This document shows, piece by piece, positions 12,861 through 26,116 of a stretch of 64,000 bases of DNA. Each line of letters opens with the position of its first letter. Position 1 is the first letter of the stretch. The notes beneath the pieces are model-generated. The model had not been told where the DNA came from. It saw nothing but the letters and a program-made list of their open reading frames with translations, and did no database searches. Both the position numbers and the translations under genes were made by a program. Source of the DNA: the human T2T-CHM13v2.0 reference genome, Homo sapiens. The stretch lies in NCBI RefSeq assembly GCF_009914755.1, contig NC_060939.1; one strand, written 5' to 3'.

Positions 12861-14499
12861 GGGTGACAAAGGTTTCAAATATGTATTAGCAAGAGGTGTT
12901 TGTCAGAGGTTAGTGTTTTTGGCAACAAGGTTTGGGGATAATGAACAGATTCCCCATCAATGGCCCTCAGCCACCATACACTAGGCATACCCAAACCAAA
13001 CAGACCCCTTTCTCTTTTCACCCACCCTTCCCAGTTTCTTATCTCTATCCTTGGCACCACAACCCAAACCAGGTTTCTAAGGCATACACTGCAGAGTGAG
13101 CCTAGATTCACACCTCCCTAACATCCTGATTGCCATCAGACCCCAAGGGCAGTTGACATGAATATCACCACCCACCATCCCAGCTCTCCCTCTGCTGTAT
13201 CCCATACCACTGCTGTATCCACCCACTTCCTTCTCCACTACGTCAGGATGCTGAAAAAAAAATCACAGGGAAGTACAGAGCTTTTTGTAACAGATACCCA
13301 TGTACCTGCCACTTATTTAATGACTACTAACATTTCGTCTTATTTCTCTTAATTTTTACTTCTTTAAAAAAAATGCAGTAAGTACACTGACATCCTTGCC
13401 TTCACAACATTTGTGTTTCATCTGATTCATATTTTTAATAGGTAAAAGTCATATCGTACAAGACTTAAAGAGTATGAGAATTTGCCCCTTTGTCATGTCC
13501 CGATTGTGTCATCTGATGCTGTGAGCATAGTTCAGCTGTTCTGTAATGGGGAAGGGGAAGAGGCAGTGAGACACCATGCCGCCAGAAATCCCCAGATTCT
13601 TCATCCTTCCATATGCCTCAGTTAAAGAATCCACAGACCCAATCTTCTGTTGACAATTCAGTTTGGGTGTAATTTAGACTCAGAGTTGGGGCCTGCTTGG
13701 TTCCCAGACCCACGCTCTTTCCTGTCTCTACCAGACCACCCAGGAGAATGACATGGCAACCCCTCACAGTCTCAGCTGCCTTCAAGGTTGCAAAAATTAT
13801 GAGTAAGGTATGCAAAGGGACCTGGCTGCTATTTCCACAGAGCTTCTGGGCCAGTGGAGCAGGGCCTCAGGTCCCACCACCCTGGTGAGCACAGAGGTCA
13901 ATGTTTCCATATGACAATGGAAGCATCCCTAGGGTCTATGGGTTTTGTTGCCATTGCAGGATGATTAGATATTTAGGATCTGAACTAGGCAAGATGCAAA
14001 ACTCCTTCCAGCTCTCACTGTGTTATAGCCCTCAGTTTGCACCTCTTCTTGCGTATTCTGGGGCTCATGGGAGCTGGAAGCCTCTACTCCCAGTTGTTGT
14101 CAGCACCAGACCATATGGTGGAAGGAACAACAAATTCCCAGCATGGCTGAGCCAGCACAATATGCTTTTTGCTCAAGTGGAGGAACTTCCATCCTTCCAA
14201 ATTCCACAGAAGCAAGTCATGTAATACATATTTCACCCTGTGGGTAGGCACAGGTTGGTCTAACCCAGGTACTACCTGTCATTCAGAAAATAGAAACTAA
14301 AATCCCCAAACTTTTATTGAGTAGCTCTTGTATGTTAGGTGCTTCTAGGGCCATAAATATGAATAATACTTGCCCTGGGTTTGAGGTGTTCAGGGGCCAG
14401 CTGGAGAGGCAGACACACAAAATCAAACAACATTTAGCAGCAAGGCAGTAAATTCTGGACAATGCAGAAAATAGAGCACAAGCCTGTATATTACCAATC

Positions 14500-15450
14500 C
14501 CCTAGCTGCATCTCTCCAGCTGCCCCATAACTCTGTTCCTTCCCTTGCTAATGTTGTCTACATCTTCCACACACTACTCACTTTACTAAAATCTTGCTTC
14601 CCACTCATACCACTTCAAAAAGCTAATTCCACAGAGGATATCAGTGATTCTAAATGTCTCTAAATCCTATGGGCATTTCCCTCTCTCCCTTCCTTCCTTC
14701 TGTTCTTTCTTTACCTCCTGTCAATATTTAGCTCAGTTTCCCTGTCCTCTTTCTTCCACTGATCTCGTGCTGTCTGTCTCCTGTGGCTTGCTTGCTTTCT
14801 TCTCTGATCTCTCTTTTAGCCTCCTTGGTTGGTGTGTCCTTTTCCGTAGGGCTCGATGGTCCCAGGGCTCTGTTCGCTGCACACTCTTCCTGCCTTGCCA
14901 GCTCACCATCGCTTGGTCACTTCATTCATTCTCAAGGCTCCAATGACCATCTCTGTGCTGAGAATTCCCCAACCCCCAGCCTGAGACTCCCATCTGGTGA
15001 ACAGCAGGCCCACATACCCAATGACCACTTGGATGAATGTGGGGCAGCTCTACCTCCACTTGTTTCAGACCCAACTCATCATCTTCTCTACACCTGCTCC
15101 TCTTCCTGTATTTCTTATCTTTGCGGGTGGCACCACTCCCCACACAATTTCTCAAGTCAGAAGTGTAGGAGTCATTCATGAGACCTATTTTGCACTTACT
15201 CCACAGGACCCACAACCAAGCCCTCCAATTTATCCACTCCTCTCTGAACCATCAAGGTCCCTCACCTGCCTCATTGACCCCAGCTGTTTTCTTATTTGCA
15301 GACTGGCCCCTCTCCATTCCTTTCTTCACTGGGAAGTTGAAGCAATTTTTAAGAATGGAAATTAGATAATATTATTCCCCTGCTTAAGGTCTTTAAATGG
15401 CTCCATTCTCCATTGCGGTAAAGTAAAATCAATTAATATAGAAGCATTTT
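14500..15450 (+). mobile_element. L2 fragment
   Basis: Pyrimidine-rich L2 body text (cttcattcattctcaaggctccaatgaccatctctgtgctgagaattccc; ttcccctgcttaaggtctttaaatggctcc). Confidence 0.6.
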
Positions 15451-16045
15451 AGGATCTTACTGAAATCAATGTCAAGTCCTTTTTTTCATGCCTAATTTTG
15501 ATTCTTTTATGATAAAGTCATAAGGAGAAAATTTCAAGACATGGAGATACAGAGATGAATCCAAGGAGTTTTCTACCATCCTCTTTACCTTCTGCCCTAA
15601 ACAGCTTCAAATGACATTCAGATATTGCCCACCCTGGCTTTGGTCAGCTGTGCTAATTTGATTCAGTTGTTCTGAAATAATTTTTTTTAAGTCTGAGCAA
15701 TTCTGGATACATATCTTTTGTTTCTGGAGGGGATAGTTGCCCACCCAGAAGGTTTTGCCTGCAACTGGACAACTGCCTCAAAAATAGAAGGTATTTTAAC
15801 TCCTTCATTACCTTCCTGGCAAAAATGGTTGATTATCCGTGATGACATTTAATGATACCTTCATTACTTCATAGGAGGTGGGTTCGGTGGGAAGGGTCTA
15901 TTCCAGGGTTTATAATAAACAGAAAGCTAACATAATTTCTACACAAAAAGGTTTCCTCCTGGTATTTTGTAAACATTGCATGCTATATTTGCTGCAATAT
16001 GTAAAATATATCTTTCCTAAAAAGGTATACACATATTTTGTCATG

Positions 16046-16425
16046 TGATATGGTTTGGCTGTGTTCCCTCCCAAATCCCATCTTGAATTGTAGTTCTCAT
16101 AATATCCACATGTCGTGGGAGGGACCTGGTGGGAGGTAATTGAATCATGGGGGCAGTTATCACTCACAGTGATAGTGAGTGGGTTCTCATGAGATCTGAT
16201 GGTTTTATAAGGGGCTTTCCCCCTTTTTGCTCATACTTTTTGCCCCCTTTTTGCTCATACTTCTCCAAGTGAAGAAGGACATGTTTGCTTCCCCTTCTGC
16301 CATGATAGTAAGTTTCCTGAGGCCTCCCTAGCCCTGCAGAACTGTGAGTCAATTAAACCTCTTTTATTTATAAATTACCCAGCCTCGGGTATGTCTTTAT
16401 TAGCACATGAGAACAAATGAATACA
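16046..16425 (+). mobile_element. THE1C/D-like solo LTR (ERVL-MaLR)
   Basis: tgatatggtttggctgtgttccc...aactgtgagtcaattaaacctc...aataca; TSD tcatg/ccatg. Confidence 0.92.
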
Positions 16426-16554
16426 CCATGCCTTAAGTTCAATGACACAAATCAATAATGTCTTTTCACAGGAGAGAGAAAACATTATTAACAGCATGGT
16501 GAGTGCTGGGGGACACAGGCCCATGGGAAGCTGATTGCTGGTGCCCCTGGAGGA

Positions 16555-17075
16555 GCTTCAGGCTTTTCCACAATCTGGCTGCTGCCACCTCTCTGACCCC
16601 ATCTGCTGCCTCTTTTTCACTTCCACTCTCTGCTCTTGCCACAGCCATGTGGGCCTTCTTTCAATTCCCATGAGAGAAGCCGTGCTTTCTGCCCTCTAGA
16701 TCCCCCTGCATGTGCTCACCAACTCCGCTCATCCCTTAGGTGTCAGCTGAAGTGCCTCTTCTTCAAGGAGACATATCTGAGCCCTGCTCCCATGGAGAAA
16801 GAGAGAATGCCCAAGAGTCAAGCCCTCCCAGTCGGACCTGGCATAGGGTAAGCACTCACCATGTTATAATCACCATCGTAGCACTTGAGCCACTCACTTT
16901 AATTATGTGTCTCAATTTTGCTAGATGGGAAGCTCCCAGAGGGCAAAGTGCATGTTTCTCTTTTTCAAGGCTACGTCCTTCATGAAACACAGCAATTAGA
17001 ACATAGAAGGTGCTCAATGCATAGTTTTTGAATAAACATAATAAATACACAAGCAAATGAATAAATAAATAATTG
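16555..17075 (+). mobile_element. L2 3' fragment
   Basis: ctagatgggaagctcccagagggc...aaggtgctcaatgc...tgaataaataaa. Confidence 0.55.
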
Positions 17076-17747
17076 AATAAATTATTGTGGGTATGCCAGA
17101 GTGTAGGAAAGGATTTGTGGTTACCCTGGTCAAAAAAGACATCTTGGAGAAGCTGAAATTCAGCTGAGTCTTAAAGGGTAAGCAGAATTCACACAAAGAG
17201 AAAGTGAAAAGATGCTTGCAGAATGGGAGAAAATGTTTGCAAATTATACTTCAGATAAGGAACTTGTAACCAAAATACACAAAGAACTCACAACTCTACA
17301 ATAAAAGGACAGACAGCCCAATTTAAAAATGGACAAAGGGTTTGAATAAACACTTCTCCAAAGATATATGTATGTGTACATTCACACAAGCTAGACAAGA
17401 TGAACAAGAAGCACACGAAAAGATGCTTTCATCATTAGGTATTAGGGAAATCCAAATCAAAATCACAATAAGATGCCAGTTATTTTGGCATCAGTGAGAT
17501 GCCAAAATAAGAAAAGACAGACAGTAAGTTTTGGCAAGGATGTGAAGAAATTGAAACCCTCATGAACTATTGGTGGGAACGTACAATGGTGCATTCACTT
17601 TGATAAACAATTTTGCAGTTTCCCAAAATGTTGAACATAAGAGTCAACATCTGACGAGAAATTCCATGCTTAGGAATATACCTGAGAAAACTGAAAACAT
17701 ACCTCCACACAAAAAAACTTGTACAAGGTTGTTCATAGTAGCATTAC

Positions 17748-18147
17748 TGATATGGTTTGGATGTGTGTCCCTTCTAAATCTCATATTGAAAGATGATCTC
17801 CAATGTTGGAAGTGGGGCCTGTTGGGAGGTGCTGGGTCATGGGGCCAGATCCCTTATGAATGGCTTGGTGCCTCCCTTCTGGTAATGAGTGAATTCTCTA
17901 TTCATTCACACAAGATCTTGTTGTTTAAAAGAGCCTGGAACCTCTGCTCCCTCTCTTGTCATGTGACATATCTGTTCCCCCTTCGCCTTCTGCCATAATT
18001 AAAAGCTTCCTGAGGCCTCACTAGAAGTGATGCCAGCACCATGCTTCCTGTACAGCCCGCATAACTGTGAGCCAATTAAACTTCTTTTATTTGTAAGTTA
18101 CCCAGCCTCAGGTATTCCCTTATAGCAACACAAAATGGACTAAGACA
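17748..18147 (+). mobile_element. MSTB-like solo LTR
   Basis: tgatatggtttggatgtgtgtccc ... tatagcaacacaaaatggactaagaca; TSD attac/attat. Confidence 0.9.
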
Positions 18148-18501
18148 ATTATTAACACTAGTCCACACAGTGGAAACAACCCAAAGTCCATCAGCTGATG
18201 AATGGAAAAACGAATGTAGTGTATCCATACAATGGAATGTTTGGCCACAAAAAATGTATGAATTACCAATACATACTACAACATGGATGAATGTTGAAAA
18301 CATTCTCTGTTAAATAAGCCAGTCACAGAAGGCCACATATTGTGTGACTCAATTTATATGAATTGTCCAGAATAGGAAAATCTGTAGAGATAGAAAGTAG
18401 ATCAGTGGTTTCCAGGAGCTGGGGAAGTGGGGAGTGACTGCCAGTGGGTATGGGGTTACCTTTTGTGGTAATGAAAATAAACCGAAATTAAATAGTGGCA
18501 A

Positions 18502-19119
18502 TGAAACTGTCCCTAATAAAATTTTATAAAATCAACTAAGGAAAAAAAATCCTACTAGGCTTGCAGCACAATCAGCAGTTATCAGCAATCCACCTTACCC
18601 TTTGGCCTGCTTCCTTGTAGCTAGCTGCTTCTTACTATCCCAGGATAACATAGCCCTGTCACAAGGCTCTTTGCTCCTTTTCTGTTCTGTAAAGTCTAAG
18701 ACATTATAAAATAATAAGCTTTCTGTTTGAGTTTCTCATTTGGGTTCTGTACACTGATAAAACTACCAGTGCCAACAGGGCTGAAGGACCCAGTAAGGAG
18801 CTGACTTATGGGAAAATGCAGTTTCCACATTCTAATAATTTTATCCCCCTTACCCCAACCAATCAATAACCCCAACTTTCCAGCCCCTTTCCTTCCATGA
18901 TCTCCTTATAAACCTTTGCCCAGAACTCCCTGGAGAGATGGATTTGAGGCTTGAGGATTCCTCCCATCTCCTCACTCAGCGGCCTGGAGATTATTCAACT
19001 CTTTGCTGCAAGCCCTGTTGTCTCGGTGTATTGGTCTGTTGCTGCACAATGGATATTCAGACCACCCACTGGATGCAAACGGGATGCAGTGGAAAGATGA
19101 ACTTCACAGTCCTGTAACA
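18502..19119 (+). mobile_element. LTR26-like solo LTR (ERV1)
   Basis: TG...CA termini (tgaaactgtccct ... gtcctgtaaca); internal gctgaaggaccc, atgcagtttccacat, gagatggatttgagg match recalled LTR26; 4-bp flanks gcaa/gtga. Confidence 0.75.
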
Positions 19120-22100
19120 GTGATGGCTGAACAACTCTACGAATAGACTAAAAACCACTTACCTGTATACTTTAAAAGGGCAAATTTCATGGTGTGTGAA
19201 TTATATCTCAACAAAGCTGTTACACACAAAAAGAAACAGTGATTAGGACAGTGTGGCTGTTATGGTATGGGATGAGCTTGGAACCAACTCATAGAGTGTT
19301 GGGGTCTGTGAAGTCCCTTGAAGCATCTTATTATGACAGTGATAACAGTTGAGTGTGGCCTGGCAAGACACACTTGACACACTTGATCAGGATGCATAGG
19401 GAGGGTTTGGAATGGGAGGAAATGAGGACCATCTTTTAGTGACTAAGGATATCTATTTGTAATCAGCTGGGCTGGAGTTTGAGTGGCATCTGTGTTTATG
19501 GAACTGAATAACTTCCTGGTTTGGCCTTAGCACCATCTGCCATGTGCCAGACTAAAAAGGCCTCCCAGGCACTGAAAGATGACTCACCCCTCCCCAGTCC
19601 TCACGATCCTAGAGAAGTTCTATTATTTCTTAGCTCATTTCTCATCAGCACCATCTGGGAGTGGCCTGGCTTACAGCCATTTTCCCTTGAGAAGGACCCT
19701 GGCAGGGTGTCGATCCCATGGGACCTGGCCCCTGGCCACAGGCTGATTGGTCACCGCTGACCCCAGCTGGGGCACCTGATTCTGTGTCTTGGGATTCTGA
19801 GGCACAGAGAGAGTCACAGGTCTGGTCTGTCTGTGGCAGTGGCATCGAAAGGAGTCCCAGGCTGCAGCCCCCAGGCCTCTGACACCACCCGGGCTCCCCT
19901 CTTCCTGAAGCTGGATATTCAGCTCTCCCTTGGATGTCATGAGCTGCCTTCAATTCCTCCACTTTGGCTGCATGGGCTAGAGAGGTTTCTGAGGCTTCCA
20001 ACAGGAGCCACTGTTGGAGCCCTGTGTGGACAGAGGGACAAGCTCAGTCACCAAGGAAGCCCAATCTCAGGGACTAGGGCTACCAAGGAGTCACCTCTGC
20101 CCTCAGTGAAGATACAGGTGACAAACAGTATGTTTTTGGAAGATCCCTCGAGTTCTGTTTCTCTCTAAGGTGCTTTCTATCTCTGCATTGGTCACCAGGA
20201 GGGATAAGGGTCAGTGTGACACCACCTCAGGAAGGGGGGATTTGGGGGTAGCTGTCCCTTCTGGTCGGGGCATCGTGGAAGGGACAAAGGGGACATGTGG
20301 CTGACTTGTTGGTCATCATTTCCTTTCTCCAGGCTCAAATCCTGGATCTGGGGGAGGGAGGAGGTCCTGAAATCTAAGGGGTTCCTGCTTCTCTTCCTGT
20401 CTGAGGGTCTGACAGGAGACTGTGCCCAAACATCTCCCATGCCGACATCCCAGGCTCTCCATCGTGAGGGAAGTTTGCCCCAGCACCAGCATAGCAGGAA
20501 TTTCATAGGCCAGTGTGCCAGATGCAGACACGGATGCTGGGATACCTTTGGGGAGGGTCTGCTGCCCACCTCTGCAATGTGGCCACTGCTGTTGGCCCCT
20601 TGGGGACAGCCTCAGCCTCAGAGACCCACCTCACCAAAGGTACAAAGACCCAGCCATGTCAGCCTGATGCTGTACAACTCTGATGATACTTCTCACTCTG
20701 TAGTGACCAGCTCGGTTGGCAGGGGCTGCGCTGGGCCCCCAGCACAGGATGACTTCCCTCGGTCTGTGCCTGTGGCACCTTCCTTTCTCAGATGTGACCC
20801 CTTATCAGCATCGTGTGAGCCCAGCTCCATTTTAGCATCTGCTTCTGGAGAACTCACTGGCGGCATCAGAGTGTAGGCATGTGGTGTGGATGCACAGATG
20901 CCTGGGCACAGAATGTCTGCCACACACAGACATCAGCTATTACTGGGGCTGACATGGATGGAGAAGGGGGACAATATTACCACTCTTGTTCTTCTAACCC
21001 AGCACAGCATTCCCTCTGTTCAGGCTGCCAAGACCTCTGACTGCCAGTGTCCAGCAGAAGGAGGGCACAGGAGTGAGATCTGCAAGGCTGAGATTCACCT
21101 ACTAGGCTCTGTTATAAGAGATGAATGGGGATTGCTTAAAGGGACATCAATGTCACTGACATCACCCTGCCATGGGAGGCTCATAAGGAAGATTAAATCA
21201 TACAGTGTGAAGAGACAGATGTTCTTTGCACATCTGAGAGACCCCAACAGATATTCAACCATGTAAACTTATATTTTGAGCCATTTTTCATGAGATTTTA
21301 AACAATTTTATCTACTGTAAAGTACATATGTGCTGTGAGACATCTCTGGCATAATTTTCCTCCTGTTTCTCTAGGGAACGTGCAAATAGATAAAAACTTC
21401 AGGCTTCATGTCCCTTGCCCACACTAGAGGCCTGGGGCCTCTCAGACAGGTCACCTACAGTATTTCTGTTGACTCATTGCCATTACTTGCTTTCAGAGAT
21501 AGAGAGAGAGAGATTGAGAGAGATTGAAAGAGAAGAAGGAGTCAAGTTATTCCCCAGTGATATAAAGACTTGGGCAAGCACGTGGTTCTTGCAACCCAGG
21601 GGAAGGGGACATGGAAGGATGCTACCAAGGCCAGCCCTGGCAAGCCCAATGCCCATTTCACGGTGAAACTTTGCATATTTGTGACTTTCTTTTTTCGCAA
21701 ATCTCCCAAGGCTAGGTCCCCTGGGAGGAAGGGCCATGGACCCATCATGATAAAGCGTGATGGTGCCGCATGTGGCCTCCCTGCCATCCTTCTTGGGCAT
21801 GCATTTGCACCTGTCTGATGGAGTCTTTGCAGGAGGCTGGCCCACCCTGTCCCTTCTGTCTCACTCTCAGAAAGGGCGTCCCCCTCTGCACCACAAATCC
21901 AATATCTGCAGGGAGCTGCCGTGACCCACAGTGGACTTGCTATAGATGTGGTGAGAGAAAGAGGCAAAGCAAGGCTGTTCATGGGGATGAGGGGGAGAAA
22001 ATTTGACCGAAGGCTTAGATTGACCTCTATAAAACCAGCTCTGTGGTGTGTGTGGAATTAAAATTCTTGACGAAGAAGCCAAATTAAAATTCTTGATGAA

Positions 22101-23649
22101 AAAGCCTATCAGGAGTCAAAAGTGAACTTAGTTACGTTGCTGGGGTTCATCGAAAGGCAATCCTTTCCTTTTCCAGGCCCAGGGAATATGCTGCCCAAAG
22201 TGACGCGTTGAGGGAGGAACAAAGTTGAGGGTGGGGAGTCATGCTTGGTCTTCTGATGGCCGATCTGGTAAGAGTTTTAGCTGGAGGATTTGTAGCCAAA
22301 CTGTAAGATGTAAATAACAGACCCTGACATGTAGGGGAGGATGAATGTCAGGACCAGGGTCACCAAGGACCTCACAGAGGACCTTGGACACGGACTCCAA
22401 ATGAGGCTTATACATAAGATGTGTTGCGTTTGTGTGTCGTTTTGGTAAATGTAAACATTTAAGATGTAGTATAATTATCCTAAACTCATTCTGAAACTTT
22501 TTTACTTTCTTCCATATATGGGGTAAGAAAAAAAAAGGCAGTTCGTTCAAACCCTTCTCAACAGTGAAGGGTCCTGGCAAATTATATTCTATTAATCAGT
22601 CATCAAGTATTCAAATATTCATATAACCACCCACTGGGTGCAAATATGAACAAGAAACATAGATTATGTAAATTAGACATTTGAGTCCATTTAAAATAAT
22701 TTCCTATCCATATGGGTCCTGTTGTTTGAAGTTTCAACCAAATTATATAACTTGTCATTGGCCCATTATGCTATTTCCTTTCTCTGTGAGTTGCAGCAGC
22801 TCAGGAGCTGGTTAAAGGCCAAAAAAGCTTCAGGGTCTCCATGTGCAGTTGGCAGCTCTGTCCTGGTGGGAGCTACCTGGTCCAGACTAGACCCCCCAGC
22901 ACACCTGTTCATGACATTCAAGCAGGGCCAGGCAATCTCTCTTCTTGGGAAGTGAGAGAAGAGGGTTTGGTAGAGAGATGATCTTGCCTAATCTCATCCT
23001 TTGAGAGGCATGTTCAAGTGTCATCTGATGATGGATTTGGTGGCAAGAAAGGGACTCAAACTCAGGTTTCCTGATTCCTGTTCCCGAGTACTTTCCAGGA
23101 AACATCACACAGGTTCTTATAGCTCTTATGAACTTCTCAGCTAAGAATGCATGTGCTATCCTCTGACTTCAGTTCTCTGAGCAGCAGAGCCCAAGTCTGT
23201 CATTTGTTAATGGTGTGCCCAAGGTGTTGTTACTCTAAAGGGAACACTTCCTTCCCTGGATGGAAATTATATTCCAATTCTCACCTTTCAACCACCACCT
23301 CCACGAGCTTGCCTGCCCTTGTTCCCACACGTTCTGCTCTCTGGCCTGGTAGAAGGAGGTGACCCTCGCCCCCTGAGGACTTTGTGTCTTGAGTCTTCTT
23401 CTCTTTCCTGCATTGTCACTCTTCCCCTCTTCATGGACAGTTGCTGCCAGCATCAAGCTGTCATGATGCTTCCTGAGGGTGACAGCATGGGAGTGTGCGT
23501 GGAAATGGTGGAGTGGGTTTCACGGGGGAGGGACCGAGGCAGTCTGAGGGTCCAGGGAGCAGACATTTCTATGTGTGGCAGCCGAGTCTGCATTCAGAGA
23601 GTCCCTTCTGCATACCCAGTCCGTCCACGTGCCCTCCATCCGTGGAGTC

Positions 23650-24200
23650 AGCTGGTGTTTATCTCGTGCTTGTTATCTGCCAGGCTCCATTTTAGGGGCT
23701 GGGGATACAGCAGTGGACAAAAGCAATCAGTGTCCTACTGTCTTGGAACTTAGAGTTTATCAGGGGATAGAGGGCCAGCTAGGGGCAAATCAATAAATAA
23801 AGAATTTTCAGGAAGTGAGAAGTGATTTGAGAATAAACAGGACAAGGGGGATGGAGAATGATGGAACAAAGGGGCGAGAGTGGGGTTGCTGTTTATATGG
23901 ACTCATCAGGGAAGGTCAGTGTCAGGGACTCTTCCCCAGATGCCGCATCATCATTAGATCTCGGCTCCGATATCACCTCTCCCAGAAAGATTTGTTGACT
24001 TCCTTGACCCCGTCACCACCCTGCTGCCCCCATTGTAAGCTCTCGTAGCACCCAGTTTCCTCTCTTCTTAAAATGTATAAACTTTCAGTTTTACATTAGT
24101 TAAGTGGTTTTTTGTTTGCAAGGCAGGTGAGCTGAGTTCACTCACTAAGCGTCTCTACTGCCTAGAAACGGTGTCAGTGGTGGTTCAGTGAATGAATGGA
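23650..24200. mobile_element. L2 fragments, both orientations
   Basis: tgccaggctccattttaggggctggggatacagcagtggacaaaa (-) followed by ...tgcctagaaacggtgtc...tgaatgaatgga (+). Confidence 0.55.
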
Positions 24201-24357
24201 TGGGTGGCGGTGGCATCTCTTCCCCAGACCTGCTCTTCTGGTTGGGTTTGTTAACTTGGTACACGATGCTACTTACCTGGGGATCACTCTGAAGTCTTTC
24301 TTTTTCTCAGCCTTGGCCTCACAACACATTACTGGTCCTACTTCCCCTTCCTCCCTT

Positions 24358-24878
24358 TGTGAGACAAAGTAGCAAACAAAAGAAGCCACGCCTGCTCATT
24401 TCTGCTTGCCCGCATAACTCCACAAAGGCCCCGACTCTGTGACAATGTGCGGCGCTCCGGAAAGATGCTTTGAAGACAAAGCAGGCCAGAGCACATAGCC
24501 CCCCAGGTCTCTTGCCTGAGTCTCTATTCTCCCTACAAGATAAATGACCCTTATCCTTGCCTTTCCCTACACATAAGGTGACATCTGCTGGGGTTAGTGA
24601 GGATGCCTCTGTAATCTCTAACCAGATGCACTCTCAGGCCCAAACCTTGATGTGATTCTGCTTCAATGTCACTTCTCAGCAAGACAGATGCGATTTTGCA
24701 GGTACCTGACCCCGCCACCTGCATTTAAGCTGTGGCTAAAACACTGTACCGAGAACTGACAGGACCCCCACCGAAGGGCGGCTCTTGGGCTACCGGCCTC
24801 TGTCTACAGTCCTACAGGCTTCTGAAGGAAACCAACTTGAATTCTTTAAAAGCTTGGCTTTTTTGCCTTTAGTCAACA
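24358..24878 (+). mobile_element. ERV1-class solo LTR (family uncertain, tentatively MER72-like)
   Basis: tgtgagacaaag ... ttagtcaaca with TG..CA ends and perfect 4-bp TSD CCTT (24354-24357 / 24879-24882). Confidence 0.8.
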
Positions 24879-25096
24879 CCTTCTATCATTGTCTGAGTTC
24901 AAACCCTCATTTTTTTCAGAACCCCTCTTCTCTGTATACATTTTCCGGATATATATATTTTGGCCCTTCCTCTATGTGGAATCACCAGGGCATTTTGCTT
25001 CTAGGTGTGTCCATTGTTAACATGAGCATTGGATTTGTCGCTGTTTGTTTGTTGTTGTGCATAGCTTGCTTAGAATGTCTTTTACTAGGAGACGAG

Positions 25097-25466
<370 letters not shown>

Positions 25467-25521
25467 TTAATGTGATGACCAGCAAGTCAACAATTGGAAT
25501 AGTGGATTTTAAGAGCTTGGG

Positions 25522-25823
25522 GGCTGGGCACGGTGGCTCATGCCTGTAATCCCAGCACTTTAGGAGGTTGACGCCAGCAGATCACTTGAGCCCACGAGTT
25601 CCAGACCAGCATGCGCAACATGGTGAAACCCTGTTTCTACAAAAAATACAAAAACTACCCAGGTGTGGTAGCACGCACCTGTAGTCCCAGCTACACTGGA
25701 GGCTGAGCCTGGGAGATCGAGGCTACAGTAAGCCATGGTGGCACCACTGGTACTTCAACCTGGGCAACAGAGTCTCAAAACAAAACAAAACAAAACAAAA
25801 CAAGAAAAGAAAAAAGAAAAAAA
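25522..25823 (+). mobile_element. AluJ-type with internal deletions
   Basis: gatcacttgagccc...; right arm lacks the segment between two tgag motifs; (caaaa)n tail. Confidence 0.85.
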
Positions 25824-25837
25824 ATACATCAGATGAA

Positions 25838-26116
25838 ATGGCTCATGCCTATAGTCCTACCTACTCAGGAGGCTGAGGTGGTAGGATCGCTTGAGGGCAG
25901 GAGTTCAAGACCAGCCTGGGCAATGTAGAGAGACTCTGTCTCTTTAAAAAAAATTAGCTGGGCATGGAAGAGCATGCCTGTGGTCCCAGCTACTTGGGAG
26001 GCTGAGGCAGGAGGATCGTTTGACCTTGGAGTTGGAGGTGGCAGTGGACTATGAGTGTGCCACTGCACTCTAGCCTAGGCAACAAAGTGAGACCTCATCT
26101 GTAAAATAAATAAATA
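25838..26116 (+). mobile_element. AluJ-type
   Basis: ggatcgcttgagggcaggagttcaagaccagcctgggcaa...; (taaa)n tail. Confidence 0.85.

Larger units (their letters stand above)
17195..19222 (+). mobile_element. L1MB-type 3' region interrupted by two LTRs
   Basis: agaatgggagaaaatgtttgcaaatt...tttaaaaatggacaaagg ... tgtgaattatatctcaacaaagctgtt; L1 text is continuous across both insertions. Confidence 0.85.

Noticed and set aside
20295-20876. 193-aa ORF in non-repeat sequence
   Set aside because: No recognisable domain, S/P/G-rich composition expected of random GC-rich DNA, overlapping ORFs on both strands and no clear splice signals.
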